This document shows, one piece after another, positions 39,701 to 53,689 of a stretch of DNA of 64,000 nucleotides; within the stretch, counting starts at the first letter, position 1; each line of letters begins with the position of its first letter. The DNA comes from Eledone cirrhosa (lineage: Eukaryota), in NCBI GenBank assembly GCA_964016885.1, contig OZ024742.1, positions 229,462,001 through 229,526,000 on the forward strand. Reading direction: 5' to 3'. Both the position numbers and the translations under genes were made by a program. The notes beneath the pieces are model-generated. The model saw only the letters and a program-made list of their open reading frames with translations, made no database searches and was not told the origin of the DNA.

Positions 39701-40164
39701 TAAGCATCGAGAAACATACGTACCATCATAAGATCCTCCGCTATACGAAATTTGCTGGTCTCAAAAATGGTCCCCTCCTTTTCTATTTTAAGCACAAGGC
39801 CAGCAATTTGAAATCGACACCAGTTATTACTGGTGTCTTATTTTATCGACCCCGGAAGGATGAAAAGCAAAGCTAACCTCTGCGGGATTTGAATTAAGCG
39901 CACAGGGCCGTAACTCTATGCTACGAAGCATGTTACCCGACATTCTACTAATATTTTCAAAATAATAATAATAATAATATTTCTCCTTTTGGCACTAGGC
40001 CAGCAATCTCCCCAGTACATTACTGGTGCTTTATTTTATCGATCCCGTAAGGATGAAATGCAAAGTTAACCTCCGTGTGATTTGAGCTCAGAACGTAAAG
40101 TCCATACCTCTTTGTTGCAAAGCATGGTGTCTGACGCTCTACCGATACAGCCAAACCAGCGCCC

Positions 40165-40217
<53 letters not shown>

Positions 40218-40221
<4 letters not shown>

Positions 40222-40710
40222 TTTCTTTATTAACCACAAGGGTTTACATAAAGTAGACATTAAGGACAGTGCAGGACAATGCAGGACGGTACAAATGGGC
40301 ATTTCTGCGTGTAAAAAAACAAAAACAGAGGATGTAACAAAAATAACAATGAAAATAACAGTGAAAAATTCCCCAATAGGGGGGAGACTTCGGAGGGACA
40401 TTTGTGGAGAAAGCCCAGTAAAAAGCCACAATGACCCTGACCACCAAGGCAAGTGCCCTCTCCCAGTTTTCCACCTTTAGTTTACAGATATATACTCAGA
40501 GTCGGCCCATTCACTCGGGCCATTCTTGCTTCTCTCACCCATCTTTCAACAAAATGCTGGGAAGAGAGCACTTCCTTCTCTACTCTGATTTTCCTTTTCA
40601 AATGAAATTTGAAAAAGTCAATCAGAGCATCACCGAAGAGGTAAGTGCTCGTCTTCAGCCCTTTCAAACGTGTCCACCATACTATCTCTTTCGCCATGGC
40701 CACCAGACAG
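40218..40710 (-). mobile_element. 3' fragment of the same L1/Tx1-like family
   Basis: KEIVWWTRLKGL...LKRKIRVEKEVLS...RWVREARMARVNG is homologous to 37325-37600. It is flanked by (TAA)n on both sides. Confidence 0.75.
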
Positions 40711-40746
<36 letters not shown>

Positions 40747-40859
40747 GTTTCTACTATCGGCACAAGGCCAGTAATTTCGATTAAATCGACCCCGGTGTAT
40801 TACTGGCGCTTTATTTTATCGACCTCATAAGGCTGAAAGGAAAAGCAAACCTCGTGCTG

Positions 40860-41115
40860 TACAAGAAGTTCCCAGTTGGAAGGTTGAAAGGAAGAATATT
40901 TTCATAATGAAGGATAAAAGGAAAGGTTCTTTAGTTGGAAATTACAGGCGGATTGTTTGCTTGAATTTTCTTTGGAAGCTGTTAACTGGAACCTTTGCTG
41001 TAAACGTGTATGATCACTTGCTTCAGAATGAGATACTTCCTGTCGAGCAGAAGAAGTGTAGTAAAACTTCCCAAGGAACCAAATACCATCTTGCTGGTGA
41101 CAAGGCGACCTGTTA
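40860..41115 (+). mobile_element. R4/Dong-type RT fragment
   Basis: KDKRKG..VGNYRRIVCLNFLWKLLTG...LPVEQK....QGTKYHL. Confidence 0.65.
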
Positions 41116-41319
41116 TTGACATCGCTAGGATTTCAGTTCAGAGCGAAGTTCAAGCTACATCACTACATATGTCTTCATTCTATCTCGATAGTGTATTATT
41201 TGAATGATATTTGGTTGCTATTTCTAGCAGGTCCATTGGCAATATAGAAATTATCGTATTCGATTTTATGAAATGTTGTTATTTGTAGTAATCGCCAGAT
41301 TTTAAAAGGAACACGTCTG

Positions 41320-41700
41320 CGAATATCTTGTAGCTGGGTCATCTTCCATTCTTTGTGGTAATCCAGAGACCGAAAACATCAGAGGCCTGAATAGTGACTG
41401 GAACAAAAAAGAAATGGTCAATCAATGTCTGGTATTTGTTCATCTTCCACGTACAGCTCTCTCTTTTTCTTGAACAAATCACCTGTGTTCTGACCTGGAG
41501 AACGATGAGCTTTGCCATGTGCCTCAATCGTGGTGTAAAATACCCAAGGCAATTTAAAATGCGCCAGGACGGCACCTCTACTCCCCATCAGCAGTTAGCA
41601 GCACTTTTCCTCTCCTACATCTCTGCATTGAGAGCCTCAGTGACCATGATTTGGGGCAAATCAATAAGGTTGACGCTGGGGTAATTGTCCCAAACTGTGA
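41320..41700 (-). mobile_element. CRE-like endonuclease remnant
   Basis: KMNKYQTLIDHFFFVPVTIQASDVFG resembles the CRE REL tail (K..KY..L....F.P...E..G..G). Confidence 0.4.
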
Positions 41701-41824
41701 GGTCTCAGGCAAGTAAACCGAAGTGATAATAGCAGGATAGAGATTACAATGTTATCATAACTCTGAGTTCAATTCCTTCCGATAGTTTTCTATCGTTTCA
41801 GATCAATATAATAAGTTATAGTGA

Positions 41825-42410
41825 TGTCATGTGGCTAGGTGTTAGGTGTCTGTTACATCACGATATTAACATCGTGAGTTCGATTCCCAGCGGCGCAATG
41901 TCTTCTTGAACAAGACCACTTTATTTAGTTGCTCCACTCATCCCAGCTGGCAAAAATGAGTTCTACCTGTAATACAAAGAGTCAGTCACGTTACAAACTA
42001 TGTAATATCGGATCTCCCTGAGATCTACGTTAAGAGTGCACATGTCCGTGTAGTACTACCACATTATAATTTTAAAAAATGGACTCTAATCTTGATTCAT
42101 AAGGCTGCCTTGTCACAAACTGAATCCCGCTGAATCTCGCTGAGAATTATGTTAAGGGTACACGCGTCCGCGGGATAAAGATGGACATTACCTGATATTT
42201 GGAGTGCCTGCCGCGACGCACTCTGTGTCACACACTATTCTACACACATTGTGACATACATTGTGCCACACACTGTGTCACACAGACTCTCTCTCAGATC
42301 TACACTAAGGACTTGTGTTTGTGGAATTCTCAGTCAGATGCACATCAATTCTCGAGGAAGCTCTTACGTTGCTTCATCAACTAGAATTGCCATCGTCGGA
42401 ACCGAGAAGG
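41825..42410 (+). mobile_element. tRNA-derived SINE(s) with duplicated 3' domains
   Basis: B box gagttcgattcc and repeated ctccctgaga..tacgttaagggtaca modules. Confidence 0.6.
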
Positions 42411-43033
42411 TTTTCAAAAACTCCATTAATTTCCCAAGCAGTCTGTGACAAGTTGTCATTATCGAAGTAGTCGATCATGCTTCTGTCAAAAGAACCATAT
42501 ATAAATAAAATAAAACTCTGCTTTCTGATTTTGTAAAAGACATCAATACTTTGAGTTGTAATATTAAGTGTTCATTGGAACTATTTCGTTTTTTCCTAAC
42601 TGTCGCTCTTGTTGTCAATAGCAACACTAGTCACTAGGAAAATATTTTCTAAAATATCGTCCATTCTGTCTGGAAGAAACATACATAGACATTGACAAAG
42701 CCACAATGTACACACAGACATACACATATAGACACTCATACATAGACACGGAGAGATGAAAGAGTAATGGATGCACACATATTCATACATCCATACACAC
42801 AGACGTACGCATAAATAGACATGTACATATGTCCACACGCACACACAGACACATACATATGCACACACACCTTAAAGTAGTTGCGTTAATTAGTTGTATC
42901 CCCAAGTAGTTACTCTCTCTTGTCTTGGTATCCTTGTCAATATTACAGTTTCTATACAAATCCGTTGCCAGAATTCTCCCCACACACATATTATATGTAA
43001 ATATACACACGCATATATCTATATATATATCTA

Positions 43034-43096
<63 letters not shown>

Positions 43097-43132
43097 ATAT
43101 CTATCTATCTATCTATCTATATATATATATCT

Positions 43133-43163
<31 letters not shown>

Positions 43164-43357
43164 TATATGTATACATACATGCACACACAAATCCACACAC
43201 CTATATATATATATACATCATGCCTGTGTATGTGTACGCGTTTGTATGTGTGCTTGCGTTTGTGTATCTATGTATATATATATAAATATATATATATATA
43301 TACATGTATGAATATATATATATATAGTATATATATATATAGTATATATATATATAC

Positions 43358-43429
<72 letters not shown>

Positions 43430-43628
43430 TATATATAAACACATATATATACATATATATGAATATATATATATACATATGTATATTATATATATATATA
43501 CATATATATATACATATGTATATTATATATATATATATACATATATATATACATATATATATATATGAATATATATATATATATATGTACATACATACAT
43601 ACATACATATATATACATATTTATATAT

Positions 43629-43711
<83 letters not shown>

Positions 43712-43714
<3 letters not shown>

Positions 43715-43812
43715 GCTGTCCCAAAAAATGTATACACACACTTTGACTACTGGCATAGGCAATATTTATTAGAATGCTGTTTAAGTGTGTATACATTTTT
43801 GGGGACATCTCT
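43712..43812. mobile_element. about 100-bp Tc1/mariner-type MITE in (TA)n
   Basis: TIRs caggctgtcccaaaaaatgtatacacac / gtgtgtatacatttttggggacatctct. Confidence 0.65.
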
Positions 43813-43815
43813 CTT

Positions 43816-43886
<71 letters not shown>

Positions 43887-45159
43887 TTGGGAGGGAAAGG
43901 AATATGTGTTAGTTTAGTTTAGCTTCTCCAAACAACAATGATAAAACACCAAGCTATAACACTCTATGTCTTCAGGCTAAACAAATATCAGCGTGAATGT
44001 TTCAAACGGAAAATACTGTAAACTCTGTTACAATAGAGATGCGCGCGCAACATATTTTCTAACTATAAAATGGCGGTGGATCGGCAGTACCAGCAGAGAG
44101 TCGGACGCCATGCTTTAACGCTAAGAGTTGTAGCCCTTTCCATTCTGAGTTCAAATCCCGCCAAGGTTAACTTTGCCTTTCATCCTTACGGGGTCGATAA
44201 AATAAAGTACCAGTAATGTACTGGGTAATTACTGGCCTTGTGCCAAAAGTAGAAACAATTATTTCTATTTATTTATGACTGAACCTGCAGAAGCCCTCCC
44301 TACCACATATTTACACACACACTTACACAAATACACACACATGCATACACACGCTTGCACACACACATACACACATACTGAGACTCTCATAGACACACAC
44401 TCACACAGACACAGATACACACACACACACAAACATATATGGAGTGTCCATAGTTCGAAGACTGCAAAGATCACAGATCAGGTTATTACTCAATGTATGT
44501 TAAGATGCAACAGGGAAAGTAAAGAGACTTATTCTCAGCGGGGAGCCCAGCCGTTATAACAAGCTGAAATACCTTGGTTCGTCCTTGTGGTTATATCTAT
44601 ATTCACGTTTGTTTCACTGTATATGTCCAATATCTTAGCTGTCCAAGAACAAAAAAATCAATGAGGTAATTAATGGGATAGATACGATCGACTAAAAGCA
44701 GTGGTACAGAATTGATGGAGTCAAATGACCGAACCAAGTAACATAATGATTTCTAATATAAGCACAAGGCCAGTAATTTTGGGGAGGGGAAAGTCGATTA
44801 AATCGAACCAGTGCATGACTGGTACTTTATTTTATCGACCTAGTAAGGATGAAAAGCAAAGTTAACCTCGGCGGCATTTGAACGCAAAACATAAAGGTCC
44901 GTAACTCTATGCTGCAAAGCATGGCATCCGACCCTCTACCGATACTACCAATCCATCGCCCTCCAAACCAAGTAAAATAATAAAATAGTAAAGAATATGG
45001 TTAGCGAGAAAGACGAAATGGTATGCGTTATGTGCTTCAAATCCCACCGAGGTCAACTTCGCCTCGCATGCTTCCGGAGTTTATAAAGCAAAGCTGCAAT
45101 TAACTACATCCATACATACACACACAGACACAGTCACACACACACAGCTACACACACAC

Positions 45160-45207
<48 letters not shown>

Positions 45208-45589
45208 GTTATTAGTTAAAATTGAGATAAATTTGTAATTAACTTCTCACCTTTGAAAGCTTTTTTTATTTATTAAATGGATTTTCGCAATCTATGATAA
45301 AGGGTTCTAATCTTTGACATAAAGCCATAACTTGGGTCGAGAGTAAAGTCTATTAAATCGACCTCAGTGAATTACTGGTGCTTTATTTTATCGACCCCGT
45401 AAGGATGAAAGGCAAAGCAAAGCTCGACGGCATTTGAACTCACAACGAAAATGGGACATAACTCTATGCTGCAAAGCATGGTGTCCGTTGCCCTACAGAT
45501 ACTGCCAATCCACCGGAAATAATTAAATATATATATAGGCACTGGCATAGATCTGCGGTTTAGGGATTCACGTCGACTACGTGACACTT

Positions 45590-45892
45590 AGGAAACGTTT
45601 CTTTAGCAGCCTAGGACAACGCCATGTGAATGAAATTTAGAATACAGAAATTATAAAACAGCTCATTTACGTAGTAGGCTCGCATTAGCCGGACATGTGA
45701 AAAGTCACAACGGACCTGCAGGCAGAGTCCTTTTCTGGAATCCTGATGTGTGCAGACGAGTTGGGAGACAAGTCACACCGCTGAAGGATGTTCCGGAAGA
45801 GGATACCGGGTTGAAGGCAATAGAAGTTCAGACGACAATGCTAGAAAGGGTGAACTGGAGGAGGAACGTCGTCTTGGCACCCGTAACGTAAT
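45590..45892 (+). mobile_element. RTE-group LINE 3' fragment
   Basis: RLALAGHV.....PAGRVLFWNP...RRVGR...EDTGL...MLERVNWRR, with a short cgtaa repeat tail. Confidence 0.6.
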
Positions 45893-46111
45893 CCTTCATC
45901 AAATCACAGAAGGAGAAACAACAGAAACAATAGAAAGATAAAGGAGCGTGAAAAATGAAAGAACCGGTAAGAATTGTGGGGCAGAAAAAGTACGTGTGTG
46001 TTCACGCAGACATTTAGGGTCCTTCCATGCTGCTCTTAATTATGTTGTTTAATTTTCTTTAGGCGCGGCTGGCTTCTCAGGTTTTTAGACATAGGATGTG
46101 TATGTATGTAT

Positions 46112-49100
46112 GTTCTTCTGGTTTTATAATTTCACAAAATTTTACCAATAGAGAGAGAGTCGGTTTCTAACATAGACACAAGCTCTCACATTGGAATTTA
46201 TACATCAACTAGGTAGATATGTATGTATGCATGCATGTGTAGATATGGATGTTATTGTATGTGTGGATGTGGATATTTTGAGTTGTATGTGTGCATGCAT
46301 GTGTATATACTTTACATCTGAACATGTGTATGCAGTTATTAGATGCAAAATTTCTGGAATGTTTTACATATTTTTACTGTTCCATTAAAGGATTGTACTT
46401 GAAATTTCCTAATTAGTTGTGTTCTTTCTGTTTCTGTGAAGTCTAGCTTCTCAAGATTTGTATTGAGGCAGTTACTAACATATCCCAGTGCCCCAATAAT
46501 CACAGGCATAAATCTGAAGGTGTAATCAGGGTGGAGTATCTGCAGATTTCTCATCAGTTCTGCATAAATATTCTCCTTTTCACTAATCTTTGATATTATA
46601 TTGGCATCTGCTGGGCAGCTAATTTCCACTACTCTGCATGCTTTCTTCTCCCTGTCCCATATCATAATATCTGGGGGTGAGTTTTTGATTATCACACAGG
46701 GAATATCTGTCGAGGAGTTCCTTCCCAACTCTCATGATCTTATCTATTTCATGCATATAGACTTGCTCGAGAGACGGCCTCCTACGATTCGAGGTTCGTA
46801 GATGTTGTCGGAGGGATATGATGCAATATTCAAATGCTGTCTGGACTGATGTTAGGCCTCTGCCACACTGCTTACGTTTCAAGTAAAGGCGGTCTATGTC
46901 ACTGTTGTTGTGGAAGTTTCCGGTGTTGTTTAGTATTTTTCGAGTTCCAACATCAACTGCTCGGATTTCGTCTATCGTCCAATTGAGTATTCCAAACGTT
47001 GGTGTTAGGACAGGCACAGCAAACACATTGTGAGCCACTGTTTTGTTTTGCGCAGAGAGTTCCGATGACCAGATATTTCTTAATCGGGTGTATCATTCCC
47101 TGGTTTCGCGTTCTTTATTACAGATACCATTATAGGATATGTTATCATCTATCCCCAGGTATCTGTAGCAGTCCTCATCAGATATCGGTGAAACAGTTAG
47201 GCCATTGATGATAATGTTGCTAGATTGGGTTTTTGTTTTTCACCGCTTTAGACATGTATGAGCATTTATCTTGGCCAAACTCCATTCCTATATCCTTTGA
47301 GAACGTTGTAACCAGGTCAAGAGTTTTCTTCATCATATCCATCTTCTTGGCATAGAGTTTCAGATCGTCCACAAAGAAATTATGGGTTAGGTTCGTATTT
47401 CTGTCCTCCTGTGAGCCAATTATGTATCCCTTAAATTTCTTGAGCAGAAAGACAAGGAGTTTAATGACAAGATGAATAACATCACAGAAGAACTGTCCCC
47501 CTGAAATATACTCCTGCAATATTTTATTTTATCAGTGAAAATAGAGTCCTCCCTCTCTGTCTTTAACCTTAGGATAGTAGCCCAAGAAGAAGACAGCCTC
47601 TCTATGTCTCTGACAATAATCTCTGGGACTTTAGCAAGTTGGAAGGCCTCTATCGTCCAAGAGTGGTGAACAGAATCGAAAGCTTTCCTGTAGTCCAGCC
47701 AGACTGTAGTCATATTACTCCTAAGTTGTCGCACCTCCGATATCGCAGTTTTGTTGATTAGGAGTTGTTCAGCACATCCCAAAACCCCTTTCTTTCCAGC
47801 TGCTTGTTCATCTGTGATGATGTTATTATTTTCACAGTGATCTTGGAGGAATAGGTTCAGGCAGGCTGTATACATCTTATACACCAGGTTCTGGCATGCA
47901 ATGGATCGGTAGTTTTTTGCCAAGTGGGTGTCTTTGTTCTTGGGGACCAGTAATGCTTGTCCTAATGTCAACCATTCTGGTATAAGTGTATCTCCATTAA
48001 GAACTTGTTGGTAGAGGTCAGTAAGATACCTCCGATAGAATATAAGTTTTTTGTACCAGTAGCCGACAATCATGTCTCTTCCTGGTCTTTTCTTATCTTG
48101 GAGTTTTCCTATCACAGTCTTAAGAGTACCCTCACTTATTTCGTATGTTTTTGTTGTAGTGTCGGAGCAATAATTCTTTCGGATTTCTCTTAGCCACACT
48201 GCATCTTGGTTGAAATTCTTCTTTTCACCCCATAGTTTGCTCCAAAAGGAATCTATGTCTTTCTGGGATGGAGCCTCAGTGACACTTAGTATTTTGCCCT
48301 TCATATCTCTATAGTCTGATGTTTGGTTTCGCCTGAATCTTTTATTAAGCACTTTTCTCTCATCTACCTTCTTCAGACATCGGCGTTTTTCGCTAACAGC
48401 TCTCACTTCTTGTTTGAGGGTGATCAGCTTATATTGGAGAGTTCTGGTTCTACTGTTACCAAACATCGTCTCGATTTTATTTTTCACTCTTTGTTGGTGA
48501 GGAGTGAGGTTTTTTTGTGTTTGTTTGCATATAAGGAGCATTGTCACATGTCCTATGTTTTTTCGTAGGTCAGCAATCTTTTTTTCTATTTTAGTTATAT
48601 ATGATGGTATTTTTGGTGGTGTTCTGTTCTTGTTAATATCTCTGCTATCACCAAGATAATGCTTCACTGTCGTTGCTAAGGCATATAAACAGGCGTTGAT
48701 TTGCCAAAATGTTGGGGTTTTTATCCGTCGTAAATATTCATCCCCTATTTCGTGAATAACACGTAATATTTCATTATTTGTTTTTTTTATTAAATATTGT
48801 CGTTTTAATACGTTCAGCAAGAGAGATATTTATACATGAATTAATTTCTCTCTGGAAGATTTCGTTGAGGGAAAATTTCAATTGTTTATAGTAATACACT
48901 GGGATAATTGCTGGCCTTGTGCCAAAAGTAGAAACAATTATTATCATTATCGATCGTATTTTCGACAGCAGTCGAGAAGTAGACTCGGATGGTACACGTG
49001 GTATCAAATTTCTTCGATTATTATTATTATTTCTTCGATTATTATTATTATCGATAGTGTTTTACCCAGCATTTGAAGTAGACTTAGATGGTACAAGTGT

Positions 49101-49420
49101 TGTCAAATTTCTTACAGGCATAGTTGTTTCAAGGCGCTGTTCGACCTAGCTGCTAGGAAGTCTAGTAGTATGGCGACCTGTAGCACGTGTTGTTGATAGC
49201 ATGTTTGTGTGTGTGGGGGGGGGGGGGGGGACTAACAATTAATAATATTTATTTATCTTATTTTTACGCTCAACAAACGTCGTTTGTTGGCGTAATTGTT
49301 TCGCTGTGAAATAATTTAGCTCTGGGTGCATTTCGTCCCAGTGTAGCTTCATTCTGTTTATATAGCCAATGGAGGGACTTTTTTTTGCCGTTTTATAACA
49401 ATTAACTAAATCATTATTGA
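46112..49420 (-). mobile_element. R4/Dong-type LINE, second copy with N-terminal region and a 529-bp internal deletion
   Basis: Contains the 466-aa ORF 47420-48820, FFVDDLKLYA, the REL motif PDIMIWD...VEISCP and the N-terminal GYINRMKLHW. The 3' end is the same as in the 26549 copy, and the CCHC region is missing. Confidence 0.88.
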
Positions 49421-49539
49421 ACGTAAAAATGTATGTATGTATGTACACATATACATATGCAGTGTATACTCATATACACATGTACATATGTATGTATATG
49501 TATATGTGTATATACATGGGTGCATGTGTATATATATAT

Positions 49540-49891
49540 GCGCGGGGACATAGAAAGAGTCGGGCTGGACACCCGATCGCGCGGTTAAATCACTGGGAGT
49601 GAAGGACCCCTAGCCTTTGTCAGGGCATTCTTCTAGGAGAAGGCAACTCAGGAAACTGGGATAACTCCGATATAAAACCTGCGGCTCAGTAGTTAACGAT
49701 GATGTTGCTCTTTTCTTCTGTTCAGGTTATAGCTACTGTCGCTCAGAGAGTGGGATTGGCTCGGTGCACGGTCTTTCCTCACTTTAAAAAATATCTTCAC
49801 GCACAGGCATTGCACGATAGAATTAATGAATAATTATTAATAAAGGTATATCGTGCCATGGCCATACTCGATAACGAGGGGGCAGCCATCA
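49540..49891 (+). mobile_element. non-autonomous RTE derivative type B
   Basis: The tail atggccatactcgataacgagggggcagccatca is identical to the RTE 3' end at 53074-53107. Confidence 0.75.
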
Positions 49892-50001
49892 TGTATGTAT
49901 GTTTGTATGAACGTATGTATGCATGCATGCATGCATGCATGTATGTATGTATGTATGTATGTATGTATGTATGTATGTATGTATGTATGTATGTATGTAT
50001 G

Positions 50002-52745
50002 TTACAAGATTACAAGATTATTTCAAATGTCAGGATGCGTGACAGACAGGATGTGCAGTGTGTTCGTGCTCTTCTTGGAGCTGAGTGCTGGACGGACCAC
50101 CGCCTGGTACGCGCAAAAGTGAAACTAATCACTAAACGTAAAATCCGGGCTCCTGGTGTTGCTCTGCCCAAAAGATTGAATGCTGCTCGTCTTAAGGATA
50201 AAAATGTGAAGAGGACATTGGAAGAAGAGATGCAGGCTGCAGATCTTGGTGAGGATTGGCCGACCCTTAAAAAGTCGGTTTATGATGTAGGCAGGCGTGT
50301 TCTGGGATTGACGCAGAGGAAACATCAGGACTGGTTTGATGAGAATAATGTACATATAGAAGACTTGTTGGCTGATAAGAGGCGTGCTCTGTCACGCTAC
50401 TTGACGGCAAAACCACGGAATACGTTGCATGAGGAACTCAGGGATGTAAAATCACGTGTTAGGTGGAGTCTTTCTCAGATGAAGGATCAGTGGTGGAGTG
50501 AGAAGGCTGGTGAGATACAAACTGCGTCTGATTCCAATAACACAAAGCTGTTGTACAGTCTCTTGCGTGAGGTTTATGGACCGTCTTCTTCTCTGGTGAC
50601 ACCGCTTCGCAGCAAGGATGGCAAAGAACTTCTTCGTGACTCACAGGGAATTCTACGAAGGTGGCGAGAGCACTTTGATGATCTTTTGAATCAGCCGTCT
50701 GTCGTCAGTGAAGATTTCCTCAATCTCATTCCAGAAAGTCCTGTGAAAGTAGCTCTCGCAGGACCTCCGACACTTGTGGAGGTTGCAGTGGCTATTTCGA
50801 AGCTGAACAGTGGAAGATCTCCAGGTATGGATGGCATACATGCTGAGCTCCTACAATATGGTGGTGAGAGACTCCTGCAACATCTTCACTCTTTGTTTGG
50901 CAAGATATGGGCTAATGAATCCGTACCTGAGGACTGGAGAGATGCAGTAATGGTGGTCTTGTACAAGGGAAAGGGTAACAGGAACGATTGTAGGAACTAC
51001 AGAGGTATATCATTGCTTTCTGTCGTAGGGAAAGTTTTATGTAGGGTGCTTCTGGACCGTTTGCTGACACACATTGCAGATTGTGTTCTTCCTGAAAGTC
51101 AATCTGGTTTTCGTGCTGGACGCGGCACTACTGATATGATCTTCTCAGCTAGACAGCTCCAGGAGAAGTGCATGGAACAAGGCTTGGTTCTGTATCAGGT
51201 TTTTGTCGATCTGACAAAAGCCTTCGATACTGTTAACAGAGATGCATTATGGAAGGTTCTCCAGAAACTTGGTTGCCCTGATAAGTTCCTTGCTTTAGTT
51301 AGGTCTTTCCATGACGACATGAAGGCTTGGGTTAATGTCGGGGGTAACATGTCGGAGCCTATCTCAGTAAAAAATGGAGTGAAACAGGGGGATATTCCAG
51401 CATCGACCCTGTTTGCCATATACTTTGCAATGGTTTTCTGTATTGCATTCAGGAATTGCGAGCATGGTGTTTACATCCGATATCGAACCTCAGGCAGCAT
51501 ATTTAACATCAGGCGCTTTGCTGCGAAGACAAAAGTGTTTACATCAATCATAAGAGACCTCTTGTATGCAGATGATTGCGATCTTGTAGCGCACACAGAG
51601 AGTGATATGCAACACATTTTGAATGCATTTTCTGACGCTTGCACTGCCCTAGGTCTGACTGTCTGTCTCAAGAAAACCGTCGTCATGTACCAACCTGCCC
51701 CTGGTAAGCAGTACACTGAACCAAACATCTATGTGTATGGCAAACGACTTGGAGTGGTTGATCAGTTTGTCTACCTGGGAAGCACTGTCAATCGATACAG
51801 CAACCTTGACAGTGAAATCTCACTTAGGATTAGGAAAGCAAGTGATGCTTTCGGAAAGCTAGAAAGGCGATCTGGGGTCGGCGAGACATATGCAGGAGGA
51901 CAAAGGTAAAGGTGTACAGGGCATGTGTGCTCTCTTGTCTTCTTTATGCCTGCGAGACCTGGGTCACATATCGACACCACCTTAAGCAATTGGAGCGTTT
52001 CCATCAGATGTGTCTCAGACGGATCCATGGCGTTCACTGGAGGGACCACATCAGTGATGTCGAGATTTTGGAAAGCTCTATGTGTGGCAGTATAGTAGCT
52101 CTTGTGCTTAAGCAACGACTCCGTTGGAGTGGTGACCTTGCCAGGATGAAGGATTCTAGAATACCAAAACAACTTTTTTATGGAGAGTTGGTTAAAGGAA
52201 AACGACCGCTAAATAAACCAAAAATGAGGTATAAGGATTCCTTGAAAGCCTCTCTGAAATACGCTAACATCTCTGCTGATACATGGGAAAATATTGCTGC
52301 TGATCGTAATAAATTGAGAAAGACTGTATATGAGGGAAAAGTTGCCTTTGAGGCATCTCGAATCGCATACGAGAAAGTAAAGCGGGATGTGAGGAAGGGC
52401 ATTGCTTTTGCACTTCCAGACGGCGAGGGTCCTCCTATGGTGCTGACATGCAGCGTATGTGCGAGACTCTGCCTAAGCAAAGCTGGACTCGAAAGTCATC
52501 TTCGCAGTCATAAAGTAAGACCAGTGGTTGACTACCAGGCTGCAGTTGGAGATGCTACTCATCATGCTTGCCAAACATGTAGTGGAGAATGTAAATCAGC
52601 AGGAGGGCTCAAGCGACATGCAAAAGTACACGAACTCCAACCACAGCCGACTATTCCCAGTAAATGTTTTGGTTGCCGACTCTGTGCAAAATATTTTAGA
52701 TCATTGGCTGGGCTAAAAAGCCACATTCGATCGCAGTGCTGTTAG
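50002..52745 (+). pseudogene. RTE ORF: APE C-terminus, RT, three C2H2-type fingers
   Basis: Motifs are WTDHRLV, SPGMDGI, NYRGISLLS, QSGFR, FVDLTKAFDTV, GVKQG, LYADD, FVYLG, LRWSG and RIPKQLFYG. There is a single frameshift near 51868. Confidence 0.92.
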
Positions 52746-52890
52746 TTGCTATCGTGTGTGTGTGTGTGTGTGTGTAGATATGCTTATGTGTGTGCGTGTG
52801 TGTGTATATATATATGTATATGTATATCATTATTGTTGTTGTCGTTATTATTATTGTTGTTATTATTATTATTATTATTATTGTTATTAA

Positions 52891-52977
<87 letters not shown>

Positions 52978-53107
52978 ATATATATATATATTTATTTTTT
53001 TTATTTTTTTATTTTTATTTTATTTTTATTTATTTATTATTATTATTATTTTTTTTTTCTTTCTCCTCGTGCAATGGCCATACTCGATAACGAGGGGGCA
53101 GCCATCA
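50002..53107 (+). mobile_element. young RTE-clade LINE, 5' truncated
   Basis: Inserted in (TGTA)n, with a microsatellite-rich 3' UTR and a terminal stem-loop. Confidence 0.9.
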
Positions 53108-53689
53108 TGTATGTATGTATGTATGTATCTGTGTGTGTGTATAATGATGAGAGGATGTGGAAATCTTTATGCTTCTGTCTATGTCTATATTTACGTATCG
53201 TAACTTAGTGGTGCCATAAAATAAATCGGTAAAATATGTACCTGACCTGAAAGAAAGGTTCTGCGATAAAAAAAGGAAGATTGATGACATCTTTACTGTC
53301 CTGGTACCTCAGTATGGCCGCGGAACTGAAACCATTAAAAATAAAAGAATAGTTTCTTATATAGGCACAGCTCAGCGATTTGGAGGCAGGGAAAATCGAT
53401 TAAATCGTACTTTATGTTATTGACCCCGTAAGGATGAAAGGCAAAATTAACCTCGGCGTGATTTGAACTCAGATTATAAAGGGCCGACCCTCTACGGATG
53501 CTGCTATAAAAATAAAAGATGGTGAGTGGTATTTTGAACATATTTGACATTTACATGGCAATGATGCAGCGGTCGATGTACATGTATAATCTTTGCCAAT
53601 AATCACTAATAAATATAAACGCCACAAAATTACTCAGCTATTTATGATCTATGACGCCAAGGGTTGGATTGGAAATATAAACGAAATTG

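Noticed and set aside
49858-50001. N-terminus of the 683-aa ORF
   Set aside because: It is read-through from a type B tail and (TGTA)n. RTE homology starts at about 50002.
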